The notes beneath the pieces were generated by a model that had not been told where the DNA came from, did no database searches, and worked only from the letters and a program-made list of their open reading frames with translations. This document shows positions 41,933 to 54,470 of a stretch of 64,000 nucleotides of DNA, piece after piece; the first letter of the stretch is position 1, and each line of letters starts with the position of its first letter. The stretch is taken from NCBI GenBank assembly GCA_038087875.1, contig JAXLNO010000680.1, positions 124,001-188,000 on the forward strand, read 5' to 3'. Source of the DNA: Malacoraja senta (Eukaryota). Position numbers and translations under genes: made by a program.

Positions 41933-42887
41933 TGACTTAAAGCGATGAATCACACGTTTCTGGTTTGGAGTGTGGGAGGAACCATTCAATGGTTCAGTGC
42001 ATTCTACTGCAGGCACACTGGAGCACACAAGGGCAGTAGGTGATAAGGTCATAAGTGATAGGAGCAGAATTAGGCCATTCTGCCCATCAAGTCCACTCTG
42101 CCATTCAATCAAGGCTGATCTATCTCTCCCTCCTAACCCCATTCTCCTGCCTTCTCCCCATAACCCCTGACACCCGTACTAATCAAGAATCTATCTATCT
42201 CTGCCTTAAAAATATCCACTGACATGGCCTCCACAGCCTTCTGTGGCAAAGAATTCCACAGGTTCACCACCCTCTGACTGAAGTTATTCCTCCTCATCTT
42301 CCTACAGGAACGTTCTTTAATTCTGAGACTGTGCCCTCTAGTCCTAGACTCTCCCACTAGTGGGAACATCCTCTCCACATCCACTCTACCCAGGCCTTTC
42401 CAAGCAGTTTAAAACTTTAAGCTAGATCTTCTGGAGAGGAGTTAAGGAGCGCCACATCAGAAAGCAGCCCTTCAGCCCACCGAGTCCGCGCCGACCAGCG
42501 ATCCCCGCACACTAACACTATCCGACACACACTGGGGACAATTTACGTTTACACCAAGCCAATTAGGCTACAAACCTGCACGTCTTTGTAGTGTGGGAGG
42601 AAACCGGAGCACCCGGAGATAACCCACTGGGAGAACGTGCAAACTCTGTACAGACAGCACCCGTAGTCAGGATGGAACCCGGATTCTGGCCCCCTGCCCA
42701 CAATCACCTCATCCACCAACTGGAGAGCAACATGAGTCAATTCAAGTAATAAGTCAAGAGTGTTTTAAATTTCATGTGTCCCAGATAGAACAATGAAATT
42801 CTTACTTGCAGCAGCACGACAGAATATGTAAACATTGTACACTGTAAACAATATAACAAACAACACAGAGAATCGAGGGATATGGAC

Positions 42888-43643
42888 CATATACCACCCC
42901 CTCCCCTGGTACTTTCCCCAGCAACCGCAGGAGATGCAACACCTGTCCCTTTACCTCCCCCCCTCGACTCCGTCCAAGGACCCCGACAGTCTTTCCAGGT
43001 GAGGCAGAGGCTTCACTTGCACCTCCTCCAACCTCATCTACTGTATCCGCTGCTCCAGGTGTCAACTTCTCTACATCGGCGAGACCAAGCGCAGGCTCGG
43101 CGATCGTTTGGCTGAACACCTCCGCTCAGTCCGCCTAAACCTACCTGAACACCCGGTTGCCAAACACTTCAACTCCCCCTCCCATTCCCACACTGACCTT
43201 TCTGTCCTGGGCCTCCTCCACTGTCAGAGTGAGGCCCAGCGCAAATTGGAGGAACAGCACCTCATATTCCGCTTGGGCAGTTTACACCTCAGCGGTATGA
43301 ACATTGACTTCTCCAACTTCAAGTAACCCTTGCTTTCCCTCTCTCTCCATCCCCTCCTCCTTCCCAGTTCCCCACCAGTCTGACTGTGTCCCTGATCAGA
43401 TTTTATCTCTGTTTGCTTCGTTGTCACCTTCTCCCAGCTAACAATGATCTATTCTACATTCTCCTTGAACTTCGTCCCCCTTGATGTCTTGTTTTCACAC
43501 CTTACACGTCCTTATCTCTGTGTCTCCCTCTCCCCTGACTCTCAGTCTGAAGAAGGGTCTCGACCCGAAACGTCACCCATTCCTTCTCTCCAGAGGTGCC
43601 GCCCGTCCCGCTGAGTTACTCCAGCAATTTTGTGTCCATCTTC
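42888..43643 (+). mobile_element. Penelope-like (probably Neptune-type) element 3' part: Cys linker, GIY-YIG endonuclease, 3'UTR and hammerhead
   Basis: Frameshifted RRRCNTCPF...TSSNLIYCIRCSRCQLLYIGETKRRLGDRLAEH...GMNIDFSNFK* (stop at 43326). Intact hammerhead at 43544-43577. Confidence 0.85.
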
Positions 43644-44969
43644 GGCAGAGGAGATTTTCTTCATTTGGCATCAGGTACAGCATGGAGATAGTGGGCCGAA
43701 GGGCCAGTTCCCGTGCTGTACTGTTCTATGTTCAATGATCAAGAGTTAAGTCAAGGCAAACACAATTAATGACAGTGTTTTATTGTCATTTGTCCCAGAT
43801 AGAACAATGAAATTCTTACTTGCAGCAGCACGACAGAATATGTAAGCATAGCACTGGGTGAACAATATTAAATACGAGAGAGAAAAAACAAGTTCAGGAT
43901 CAGATTAGGCGGCATGGTGGTGAAGAATATGTGAAAACATCCAGTGAATTGGCCTCCACTGCCTTCTGTGGCAGAGAATTCCACAGATTCACAACTCTCT
44001 GGGTGAAAACGTTTTTCCTCATCTCAGTCCTAAATGGCCGACCCCTTATTATTAAACTGTGTGACCCCTGGTTCTGGACTCCCCCGACATTGGGACTATT
44101 TTTTCCTGCATCTAGCCCGTCCAATCCCCTACTCGATCCCATTTTATCCGTTGTTCAATTGGGGGAACATACGAATAGGAGCTGGAGTAACTAGGTTCAT
44201 CCTACAAGTTTGCTCCACCATTCAATAGGTTTGTCCCTGTTTCTATCTCGGTCTCAATATCATATTCCCACAATGGGCACCCTGCTAGTTTAAATATCTG
44301 CATTAAATATATTCAATGACTCTGCTCCCCAAAGCTCTCTAGGGCAGAGAATTCCAAGATTCACAATCCTTGAGAGAAGAATCCTTGAGTGGACGCAGCG
44401 GTAGAGTTGCTGCCTCACAGCGCCGGAGACCCGGGTTCCATCCTGACAGCGGGTGCTGTCTGTACGGAGTTTGCACGAGTCTCCCCGTGACCTGCGTGGG
44501 TTTTCTCCCAGATCTTCGGTTTCCTCCCAGACTCCAAAGACATGCAGGTTTGTAGGTCAATTGGTTTGGTATTGATGTAAAATTGTCCCTAGTGCGTGTA
44601 GGATAGTGTTCGTGTGCGGGGATCGCTGGTCGGCGCGGACCCGGTGGGCCGAAGGGATTGTTTCCGCGCTGCATCTCTGAACTAAACTAAACTAAGGACC
44701 AGCGGCAGAGACCCAGGTTCGATCCCCGACTACGGGTGCTGAATATACAGAGTCTGTACGTTCTCCCCGTGACCTGTATGGGTTTGCTCCGGTTTCCTCC
44801 CACACTCCATATTTGTTGGTTAATTGGCTTCTGTAAATTGCACCTGGCATGTAGGATTCAAAACTGAGATAACATACAACTAGTGTGAATAGGTGATCGC
44901 TGGTCGGCATGGACTCGGTGGGTAGGAGGGCCTGTCTCCGCGCTGTATCTCTAAACAAGTTCATTTGGT

Positions 44970-45556
44970 TTAGTTCAGTTTATTGTCACGTGTACCGAGG
45001 TACAGTGAAAAGCTTTTTGTTGCGTGCTAACCAGTCAGCGGAAAGACAATACATGATTACAATCGAGCCGTCCACAGTGTACAGATACATGATAAGGGGA
45101 TAACATTTAGTGCAAGGTAAAGCCAGCAAAGTCCGATCAAGGATAGTCCGAGGGTCTCCAATGAGGTAGATAGTGGTTCAGGACTGCTCTCTTGTGTGGT
45201 AGGATGGTTCAGTTGCCTGATAACAGCTGGGAAGAAACTGTCCCTGAATCTGGAGGTGTGCGTTTTCACACTTCTGTACCTCTTGCCCGATGGGAGAGGG
45301 GAGAAGAGAGAGTGGCTGGTGGTGAGACTGGTCCTTGATTGTGCTGCTGGCCTTGCCGAGGCAGCGTGAGGTGTGGATGGAGTCAATGGAAGGGAGGTTG
45401 GTTTGTGTGATGGTCTGGGCTGCTGGCCTTGCCGAGGCAGCGTGAGGTGCGGATGGAGTCAGTGGAAGGGAGGTTGGTTTGTGTGATGGTCTGGGCTGCG
45501 TCCACAATTTGCTGCAATTTCTAGTGGTCTTGGATGGAGCTGTTCCCAAACCAGGC
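44970..45556 (-). mobile_element. Rex1/Babar-like LINE 3' end; related copies at ~13580-13780, ~31510-31770, ~60805-61480
   Basis: HSLFSPLPSGKRYRSVKTHTSRFRDSFFPAVIRQLN, and a shared 3'UTR ending in ...CACGTGACAATAAA. Confidence 0.8.
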
Positions 45557-46084
45557 TGCCTTCTTTTCGAGTCCATCTTGTTACAAATGTTGGCCTCGCT
45601 GTCATCGTCCGTCCTGAAAAGGACGCAAGCTTCCGGCGACAATCAGTGGGAGCCATCACTGGTCGCGGTAGATGATGGTGGTAGCAGAATTAGCTCAGGA
45701 TACTTCCAGTTTCCAGCCCCGCGACGTGGACCCTTCTGCTATGGGGCCGACCAAGCTGAGATGCATCCTGATATAAAATGGTTTCTATAATCTCCTGGAA
45801 TCTTGCAAGGACTTTTGGAAAATTCACCAGGCTTTTCTCCAAACCTTTCCTCAACTCCTGGAACTTCACTGTACTTCATCCCATCCCTGTGAACAATCCA
45901 AAAGATTCCAACTGTATTTACATTTTTTCCATTCATTTTACATTCTAGTTGATTTTGACATTGTTGATTGTTAAGTCAAGGGCGTTTTATTGTCATGTGA
46001 CCCAGATATTCTTACCTGTAGCAGCACAACAGATTATGTAAACATAGGACACTGTATACAATATAATAAACAAGATAAAACAAC

Positions 46085-46795
46085 GTGCACATACTCACAT
46101 ATACACACATACTCACTCTCACACACATACATGCACTCTCACACACACACTCACACACACAGACATACACACTCACTCACACACACTCTCTCTCACACAC
46201 ACATACATATACATGCATTCTTACTCACACACACATACTCACACACACATGCATTCTCACACACACATGCACTCTCACACATACTCACTCACACACACAC
46301 TCACTCATTTACACACACACACTCACTCATTCACACACATGCACTCACGTACTCACTCACACACACACACACTCTCACACGCACGCAGACACCCACTCTC
46401 ACACACAGACCCACTCTCTCACACACACACACTCTCACAGACACACACACACACACCCTCAGACACCCACTCACACACACACCCACACACTCTCTCACAC
46501 ACACTCTCTCGTACACACACACCATTCTCACACACACGCAGACACCCACTCACACACACACAGACACACACACACACACACACAGAGACACACACACACA
46601 GACACACACCCACCCTCTCACACACACACATACACACTCTCAGACACCCACACACCCAGACACACACAATCTCACACACACACACACATAGACACTCACA
46701 ATCTCACACACACACACAATCTCACACACACACACACATAGACACTCACAATCACACACACACACACTCTCTCACACACACACACACACTCACAC
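46085..46795. repeat. Degenerate CA/CT-rich microsatellite
   Basis: Seen directly in the sequence. Confidence 0.95.
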
Positions 46796-47684
46796 GGACA
46801 TTAAAAAAACCCCAATAATAGTTCAAAAGACAAAACCAATGCCCCAAGTTCAGAACTGGGTAGTTCAGAGCTTTGTACTTTTTTGTATTTTGTACTTGAC
46901 AGAGATGTGTCACATGCCAGGTACGTCACGGTGACGCAGCGGTAGAGTTGCTGCCTCACAACACCAGCAACTCAGGTACGATCCTGACCACGGGCGCTGT
47001 CTGTACGGAATTTGTACGTTCTCCCCGTGACCCGCGTGGGTTTTCTCCTGGTGCTCCGGTTTCTTCCCACATTCCAAAGGCGTGCAGGTTTTTGGCTTCT
47101 GTAAATTGTCCCTAGTGCAGAGAATGGAACTAGTATGCGGGTGATCGATGTTCAGAGCAGACTTGGTGGGCCGAAGGGCCTGTTTCTGCACTGTATCTGT
47201 AAGGTCTAAAGTCTAAATCTGTGGTAAGTATGAATATATTATTTAACGTACGTGTTTGGAGCAATTTTTATTCAGTTATAAATCAATCAAAAGTAAAACA
47301 TCTTTTTCAGCATAACAACCTCGTATAACATTCAGTATGATGGCTCTCAATCAATGGAACATCTAGCTGGTAGCGTTGCCGAATGACAAGGTTCCACATG
47401 GTAGGCTGCTCTAGAAGGTTAGATCGCATGGGATCTAAGGTGAGGTAGCTGAATGCTTGGGAAACATTTTGACAAGCACACAGATAGGATAGGTCAGAGA
47501 TGTGGGCCAAATGTAGGCAGGTAGGACTAGTGTAGCTGGGACATTGTTGGCCGGCATGGGCAGGTTGGGCCGAAGGGCCTGTTTCCACACTGTATGACTC
47601 TATAACATGCTGGGTATTAACTTTTAACAACAGTCTGGATAGGAAATAATGGGGTCATTTTGCCCTAGAGTTGCTGAAGGAGGA

Positions 47685-48945
47685 CACAGCGTGGAAACAG
47701 GCCCTTCGGCCCAACTTGCTCACACCGGCCAACACTCCCCATCTACACTAGTCCCACCTGCCCGCGTTTGGCCCATATCCATCTGACCTATCCTATCTAT
47801 GCGCCTGTCTAAATGTTTCCTAAGCATTGTGATAGTCCCAGCCTCAACTACCTCCTCTGGCAGCTCGTTCCATACATCCACCCCCTTGGTGTAAAAAACG
47901 TTTCCCCTCAGATTCCTACTAAATCTTTCCCCCTTCACCTTAAACCATGTCCTCTGGTCCTCGATTCCCCTACTCTGGGCAAGAGACTCTGTGCATCATT
48001 TTTTCACCTCCGCAACATTGCAAAAATCAGATCCTCTCTCACACTCCCCGCTGCTGAAAGACTCATCCATGCCTTCATCTCCGCCCGACTGGACTACTGT
48101 AACTCTCTTCTTTTCGGAATCAATTCCAACAGCATCAACCGACTCCAACTGGTCCAAAATGCAGCCGCCCGACTCATCACCCACACCAAATCCTGGCACC
48201 ACATCACCCCAGTTCTCAAAGAACTTCACTGGCTTCCCATTTCCCACCGGATCACCTACAAAATCCTGGTCCTCACCTACAAAGCCCTCAACCACTTGGC
48301 CCCCCCTTATCTCATTGACCTCCTCTCCCCCTACCAACCCTCACGGTCCCTCAGATCCACATCAGCTGGTCTCCTCTCCACTCCGAAAGCAAACCTCTGC
48401 ACTTTTGGAGGCAGAGCCTTCTCCAGGGCAGCTCCCAGGCTCTGGAATTCCCTCCCACAACTGGTCCGAAATTCTGAGTCCCTCACCATCTTCCAGTCTC
48501 GCCTCAAGGCCCATCTCTTCACCTCTGCATACCCTTAGTCCCATGTTCCCCTCCCCTTTGCATCTCTGTCTTACTGCTCTATTTTGTTTTGTTTATTCCT
48601 GACTCTCAATGTAAAGCGACTTCGAGTCCTGAAAAGCGCTATATAAATAAAATCTATTATTATTATTATTACCCGATCTATTCCTCTCATGATTCTGTAC
48701 ACCTCTGTAAGATCACCCCTCATCCTCCTGCGCTCCAAGGAATAGAGACCCAGCCTACTCAACCTCTCCCTGTAGCTCACACCCTCTAGTCCTGGCAACA
48801 TCCTCGTAAATCTTCTCTGAACCCTTTTCCAGCTCGACAATATCTTTCCTATAACATGGTGCCCAGAACTGAACACAATATTATAAATGCGGCCTCATCA
48901 ACATCATATACAACTGCAACGTGACCTCCCAACTTCTACACTCAA
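47685..48945 (-). mobile_element. CR1 LINE 3' fragment split by an L2 insertion
   Basis: The CR1 sequence GAGACTCTGTGCATC|ACCCGATCTATTCC is continuous across the 47998-48670 insert. Confidence 0.85.
47998..48670 (+). mobile_element. L2-clade LINE 3' fragment with open ORF and (TAT)n tail
   Basis: FFHLRNIAKIR...RLDYCNSLL...LQLVQNAAARL...HITPVLKELHWLP...AFSRAAPRLWNSLP (stop at 48538). The tail is TGTAAAGCGAC...AAAGCGCTATATAAATAAAATCTATTATTATT. Confidence 0.92.
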
Positions 48946-49076
48946 TATCCTTGATGACAGATGCCGCCATCTTGGGGCGGTGACTGATGTAGATGCTTCT
49001 GATGTAGGGGGGGACTGAGCCCACAAATCTCTGCGGTCTGCATTTGGAATTATATTGTACCAGGCCCTGATGAAAC

Positions 49077-49274
49077 TAGGTACACAAAAATGCTGGAGAA
49101 ACTCAGCGGGTGCAGCATTTTTCCAGCATTTTTCTCCGCCTTTTTCCTTTTTTCCTTTCTTCTCCCCACCCCCTATCAGTCTGAAGAAGGGTTTGGGCCC
49201 GAAACGTTGCCTATTTCCTTCGCTCCATAGATGCTGCTGCACCCGCTGAGTTTCTCCAGCATTTTTGTGTACCT
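49077..49274. mobile_element. Penelope-derived hammerhead mini-element with inverted end
   Basis: 11-bp TSD CCTGATGAAAC at 49066-49076 and 49275-49285. Hammerhead at ~49179-49212. Confidence 0.8.
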
Positions 49275-49430
49275 CCTGATGAAACGAGCCTGGGTTCTTC
49301 CTACACTATCTGTAGAAATTTGTAGGAAGTATTCGATGACATTTTATTTAGTTTAGTTTAGAGATACTGCGCGGAAACAGGCCCTTCGGCCCACCGAGTT
49401 TGCGCCGACCAGCGATTTTCCGCACATTAA

Positions 49431-49944
49431 AGCCCCTGTCCCACTCTACGAGGTAATTCAAGAGTCTGCACGCTCACCCTGTGACCCGCGTGGGTTTTCT
49501 CCGAGATCTTCGGTTTCCTCCCACACTCCAAAGACGTACAGGTTTGTAGGTTAATCGGATTGGTGTAAATGTAAAATTGTCCCAAGTGTGTGTAGGGTAG
49601 CGGTAAGCCCCTGTCCCACAGCCCTCCTGAGTTTTCCCCTGATTCGAACTCGGAGAATGTCCGTAGCGGGTCCGTAGGAGTTCGTGGATGTCACGTAGCG
49701 ACTCGTACGAGTAACGGTAGGTACTTGGGAAATCCGGTAAACTCGTGACGTTTTTTCAACACTGTGAAAAATGTCCATGAGTAAAAAAGTACTCGCGATC
49801 AAATTTTTAAAAACTTTTTACCTGTATGAGCCGCTACGAGACATCCACGAACTCCTACGGACCCGCTACGGACATTCTCCGAGTTCGAATCAGGGGAAAA
49901 CTCGGGAGAACTCTTGAATTACCTCGTACAGTGGGACAGGGGCT
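49431..49944. mobile_element. PIF/Harbinger-like palindromic MITE inserted in a V-SINE (49345-50177, -)
   Basis: TIRs AGCCCCTGTCCCACTCTACGAGGTAATTCAAGAG and CTCTTGAATTACCTCGTACAGTGGGACAGGGGCT. Flanks are TAA and TAC; long internal inverted arms. Confidence 0.8.
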
Positions 49945-52295
49945 TACCGCTACCCTACACACACTTGGGACAATTTTACATTTACACCAATCCGATTAAC
50001 CTACAAACCTGCACGTCTTTGGAGTGTGGGAGGGAAACCGAAGATCTCGGAGAAATCCCACGCGGGTCACAGGGTGAGCGTGCAGACTCCGTACAGACAT
50101 CGGGAATGTAGTCGGGAATGAACCCGGGTCCCTGGCGCGGTGAGGCAGCAACTCTACCGCTGCGCCACCGTGCTGCCCCTGCATGGCGAATCTCTTTGAG
50201 CGTAAGGTAAGTGGAGGTGATGGTGAGCCCTCTTCGCGAGTTCATCTACTGTATGTACCTGGCTCACGTTCTTTTAGGAAGGAGACAAGGAGAAATGTCT
50301 ATCGTCAGAGGGTGGTGAATCTATGGGATTCTTTGCCACAGATGGCTGTGGAGGCAAAGTCAGTGGATAATTTTAAGGCAGAGATGGATAGATTCTTGAC
50401 TAATACAGGTGTCAGAGGTTATGGGGAGAAGGCAGTAGAATGAGGTTAGGAGGGAGAGATAGATCGGCCATGATGTAGACTTGATGGACCGAATGGCCTC
50501 ATTCACATATCCCTTATGACGACAGGTATCTGAGATGCTAATGGTCGGTAATTCGAGGCTGCTAACTCTGTCCAGTGGCATCCCTCAATGAAACAGGCGC
50601 ATGGCCATTAGGAGCTGCATACTGAGAGGAAATCTGGCCCCATATCTGGGGAAGGGTGTGCTGGCTCTGGTGAGGGTCCAGAGGAGGTTTACAAGTGATG
50701 GCACTGATAGATAGGGTGGTGTAGAAGATGTTTGGCCTGCTAGCCTTCAGCTGTGATATTGAATGCAAGAGTTAAACAGAGAAAACATAGAAGAATAGGT
50801 GCAGGAGTTGGCCATTCGGCCCTTCAAGCCAGCACTGCCATTCAATATGATCATGGCCGATCATCCAAACTCAGTACCCCGTTCCTGCCTTCTCCCCATA
50901 TCCCTTGATTCCGTTAGCCCTAAGAGCTAAATCTAACTCTCTCTTGAAAACATCCAGTGAATCGGCCTCCACTGCCTTCTGTGGCAGAAAATTCCACAGA
51001 TTCACAACTCTCTGGGTGAAAAAGTTTTTACTCATTTCCAAGTTGTACAAATTTTTGGTTAGACCACACTTGCCTTGACTGAAGGGCTCTGAGTTTAGTT
51101 TAGTTTATTTAGTTTAGAGATACAGCGCGGATACGGGCCCTTTTCGGCCCACCCATTCCGCGCCGACCAGCGATCAGTTCCTGCTTTCTCCCCATATCCC
51201 TTGATTCCGTTAGCCCTAAGAGCTACATCAAATTCTCTCTTGAAAACATCCAGCAGCACCCGTGGTCAGGATTGAACCCGGGACCCTCCCGGGTCTCTGG
51301 CGCTGTAAGGCAGCAACTCTACCACTGCGCCACCGTGCCGCCTAGCTCCTGAGTTATAAGGAGAGCTTGGATAAGCTAGTGACCGCCACAAAATGGTGGC
51401 TAAGCACAGCTCCAAGGCCATTTATAACTATAGACGGTGATTAGTTAGCACGCAGGGTGGAGATGGGAACACTGGTTGAGTGGTAAACACCAAATGGTGG
51501 AGTAACTCAGCGGGTCAGGAAGCATCTCGGGAGAAAAGGAATAGTTTAGTTTAGTTTATTTAGTTTAGAGATACAGCGCGGAAACAGGCCCATCGGCCCA
51601 TCAAGTCCGCGCTGACCAGCGATCCCCGCACACTAACACTATCCTACACACACTAGGGACAATTTACATTTACCAAGCCAATTAACCTTTACATTTACCA
51701 AGACAATTACATTTACCAAGCCTACAAACCTGCACGACTTTGGAGAGTGGGAGGAAACCCCAAATCGCTGAGAAAACCCACGCAGGTCACGGGGAGAAGG
51801 TACAAACTTCATATAGGCAGCGAGCACCCGTAGTTGGGATCGAACCCGGGTCTCCAGCGCTGCAAGTGCTGCAAGGCAACAACTCCACCGCTGCACCACC
51901 GTGCCGCGGCCAAGGTGACGTTTCAAGTCGCATTGTTGTAACGTCACCTGGGGGAAACCCACGCGGTCACAGGGGAGAACGGGCAAATCCCACACAGGCA
52001 GCACCCGAGGTCAGAATCAAACCCGGGTCTCTGGCGCTGTGAGGCAGCAGTTCTACTAGTGGGGGAGTCCAGGACTAGAGGCCCCAGCCTCAGAATTAAA
52101 GGGCTGTTCTTTTAGGAAGGAGATGAGGAGGAATTTCTTTAGTCAGAGGGTGGTGAATCTGTGGAATTCATTGCCACAGAAGGCTGTGGAGGCCAAGTCA
52201 GTGGGTATTTTTAAGGCAGATAGATATTCTTGATTTGTACGGGTGTCAGGGGTTATGGGGAGAAGGCAGGAGAATGGGGTTAGGAGGGGGGGATA

Positions 52296-53135
52296 CAGTG
52301 CCCTCCATAATGTTTGGGACAAAGACCCATCATTTATTTATTTGCCTCTGTACTCCACAATTTGAGATTGTAATAGAAAAAATCATATGTGGTTAAAGTG
52401 CACATGGTCAGATTTTAATAAAGGCCATTTTTATACATTTTGGTTTCACCATGTAGAAATTACAGCTGTGTTTATACATAGTCCACCAATTTCAGGGCAC
52501 CATAATGTTTGGGACACAACAAAGTAATGTAAATGAAAGTAGTCATGTTTAGTATTTTGTTGCATTTCCTTTGCATACTGGCTCATCTATCTTCATTGAT
52601 GATACAATTGCTGATGGTAGTAGCATGATGAATTCTGAAGTGTATAGACACATCCTATCTGCTCAAGTTCAAACAAATGCCTCAAAACTCATTGGCCGGC
52701 GGTTCATTCTACAGCAAGACAATGATCCCAAACATAATGCTAAAGCAATAAAGGAGTTTTTCAAAGCTAAAAAATGGTCAATTCTTGAGTGGCCAAGTCA
52801 ATCACCTGATCTGAACTCAATTGAGCATGCCTTTTATATGCTGAAGAGAAAACTGAAGGGGACTAGCCCCCAAAACAAGCATAAGCTAAAGATGGCTGCA
52901 ATACAGGCCTGGCAGAGCATCACCAGAGAAGATACCCAGCAACTGGTGATGTCCATGAATCGCAGACTTCAAGCAGTCATTGCGTGCAAAGGATATGCAA
53001 CAAAATACTAAACATGACTACTTTCATTTACATGACATTGCTGTGTCCCAAACATTATGGTGCCCTGAAATGGGGAGACTATGTATAAATACTGCTGTAA
53101 TTTCTACATGGTGAAACTAGAATGTATAAAAATGG
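52296..53135 (+). mobile_element. Internally deleted Tc1 (DD34E) DNA transposon of IR/DR type
   Basis: TA|CAGTGCCCTCCATAATGTTTGGGACA left end, with inner DR CCATAATGTTTGGGACA at ~52500. The mirrored right arm (~52985-53135) is truncated. Confidence 0.9.
52577..53011 (+). pseudogene. Tc1 transposase C-terminal fragment
   Basis: FILQQDNDPKH...WPSQSPDLNSIEH with 34 residues between the second D and the E; ends KGYATKY*. The N-terminus and first D are missing. Confidence 0.92.
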
Positions 53136-53289
53136 ACTTCAATGATGGTCTGTTCGGCCTGTACCCGCACTGTATCTCTAAACTAAACTAAACTCAGAAC
53201 ATGTTGAAGGTGTGTCGCAGGTAGATAGGGTGGTCAAACAGGCTTTTAGCAAATTGGCCTTCATCAGTCAGAGTATTGAGTATAGAATG

Positions 53290-53885
53290 TGCAGGAAGGA
53301 ACTGCAGATGCTGGTTTACATTGAAGAAAGGCGCAAAATGCTGGAGTAACTCAGCGGGTCAGGCAGCGTCTCTGGAGAGAAGCAATAGGTGACGTTTCGG
53401 GGCGAGTCCTTTCTTCAGACTGAGAGTCAGGGGAGAGGGAGACACAGAGATATGGAAGGATAAGGTGTGAAAATGACACATCAAAGGGGATGGAGATCCA
53501 GGAGAATGTAGAATAGATTATTGTTAGCTAGGGGAAGGTGACAACAAAGCAAACAGAGATCAAATGTAATCAGGAGGACAGTCAGACTGGTCGGAGACGG
53601 GGGAGGGAGGGACGGAGAGAGAGGGAAAGCAAAGGTTACTTTAAGTTAGAAATGTCGATATTAAAACCGCTGGGGTGTAAGCTGCCCGAGCGAAATATGA
53701 GGTGTTGCCCCCCTCCCCCCCCCCCCCAATTAGCGCTGGGCCTCACTCTGACAGTGGAGGAGGCCCAGGACAGAAAGGTCAGTGTGGGAATGGGAGGGGG
53801 AGTTAAAGTGTTTGGCAACCGGGAGATCAGGTAGGTTTAGGCGGATTGAGCGGAGGTGTTCAGCGGAACGATCGCCAAGCCTGCA
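53290..53885 (-). mobile_element. Penelope-like 3' fragment inserted in a CR1
   Basis: HLIFRSGSLHPSGFNIDISNLK*. The CR1 is interrupted between GAGTATAGAA and TTGGAGGTCACG. Confidence 0.8.
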
Positions 53886-53889
53886 TTTG

Positions 53890-54470
53890 GAGGTCACGTT
53901 GCAGTTGTATAAGACGTTGGTGAGGCCGCATTTAGAGTATTGTGTTCAGTTCTAGGAACCATGTTATAGGACAGATATTGTCAAGCTGGAAAGGTTTCAG
54001 AGAAGATTTACGAGGATGTTGCCAGGACTAGAGGGCGTGAGCTACAGGGAGAGGTTGAGGAGGCTGGGTCTCTATTCCTTGGAGCGCAGGAGGATGAGGA
54101 GAGATCTTATAGAGGTGTATAAAATCATGAGAGGAATAGATCGGGTAGACGCACAGAGTATTCTGCCCAGAATGGGAGAATCGAGGACCAGAGGACATGG
54201 GTTTAAGGTGAGGGGGAAAAGATTTAATAGGAATCTGAGGGGAAACTTTTTCACACAAAGGGTGATCGGTGTATGTAACGAGCTGCCAGAGGAGGTAGTT
54301 GAGGCTGGGACTATCCCAACGTTTAAGAAGCAGACAGGTACATGGATAGGACAGACTTGGAGAGATATGGACCAAGCACGGGCAGGTGGGACTAGTGTAG
54401 CTGGGACATTGTTGGCCGGTGTGGGCAAGTTGGGCCGAAGGGCCTGTTTCCACACTGTATCACTCTACGA
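53890..54470 (+). mobile_element. CR1 LINE 3' fragment
   Basis: ORF 54016-54492 has CR1 C-terminal motifs. Confidence 0.88.

Noticed and set aside
45559..45614. Possible - strand exon after TCCTTTTCAG (TDDDSEANICNKMDSKR)
   Set aside because: There is no GT donor before it runs into a Rex-like LINE, and no recognisable homology.
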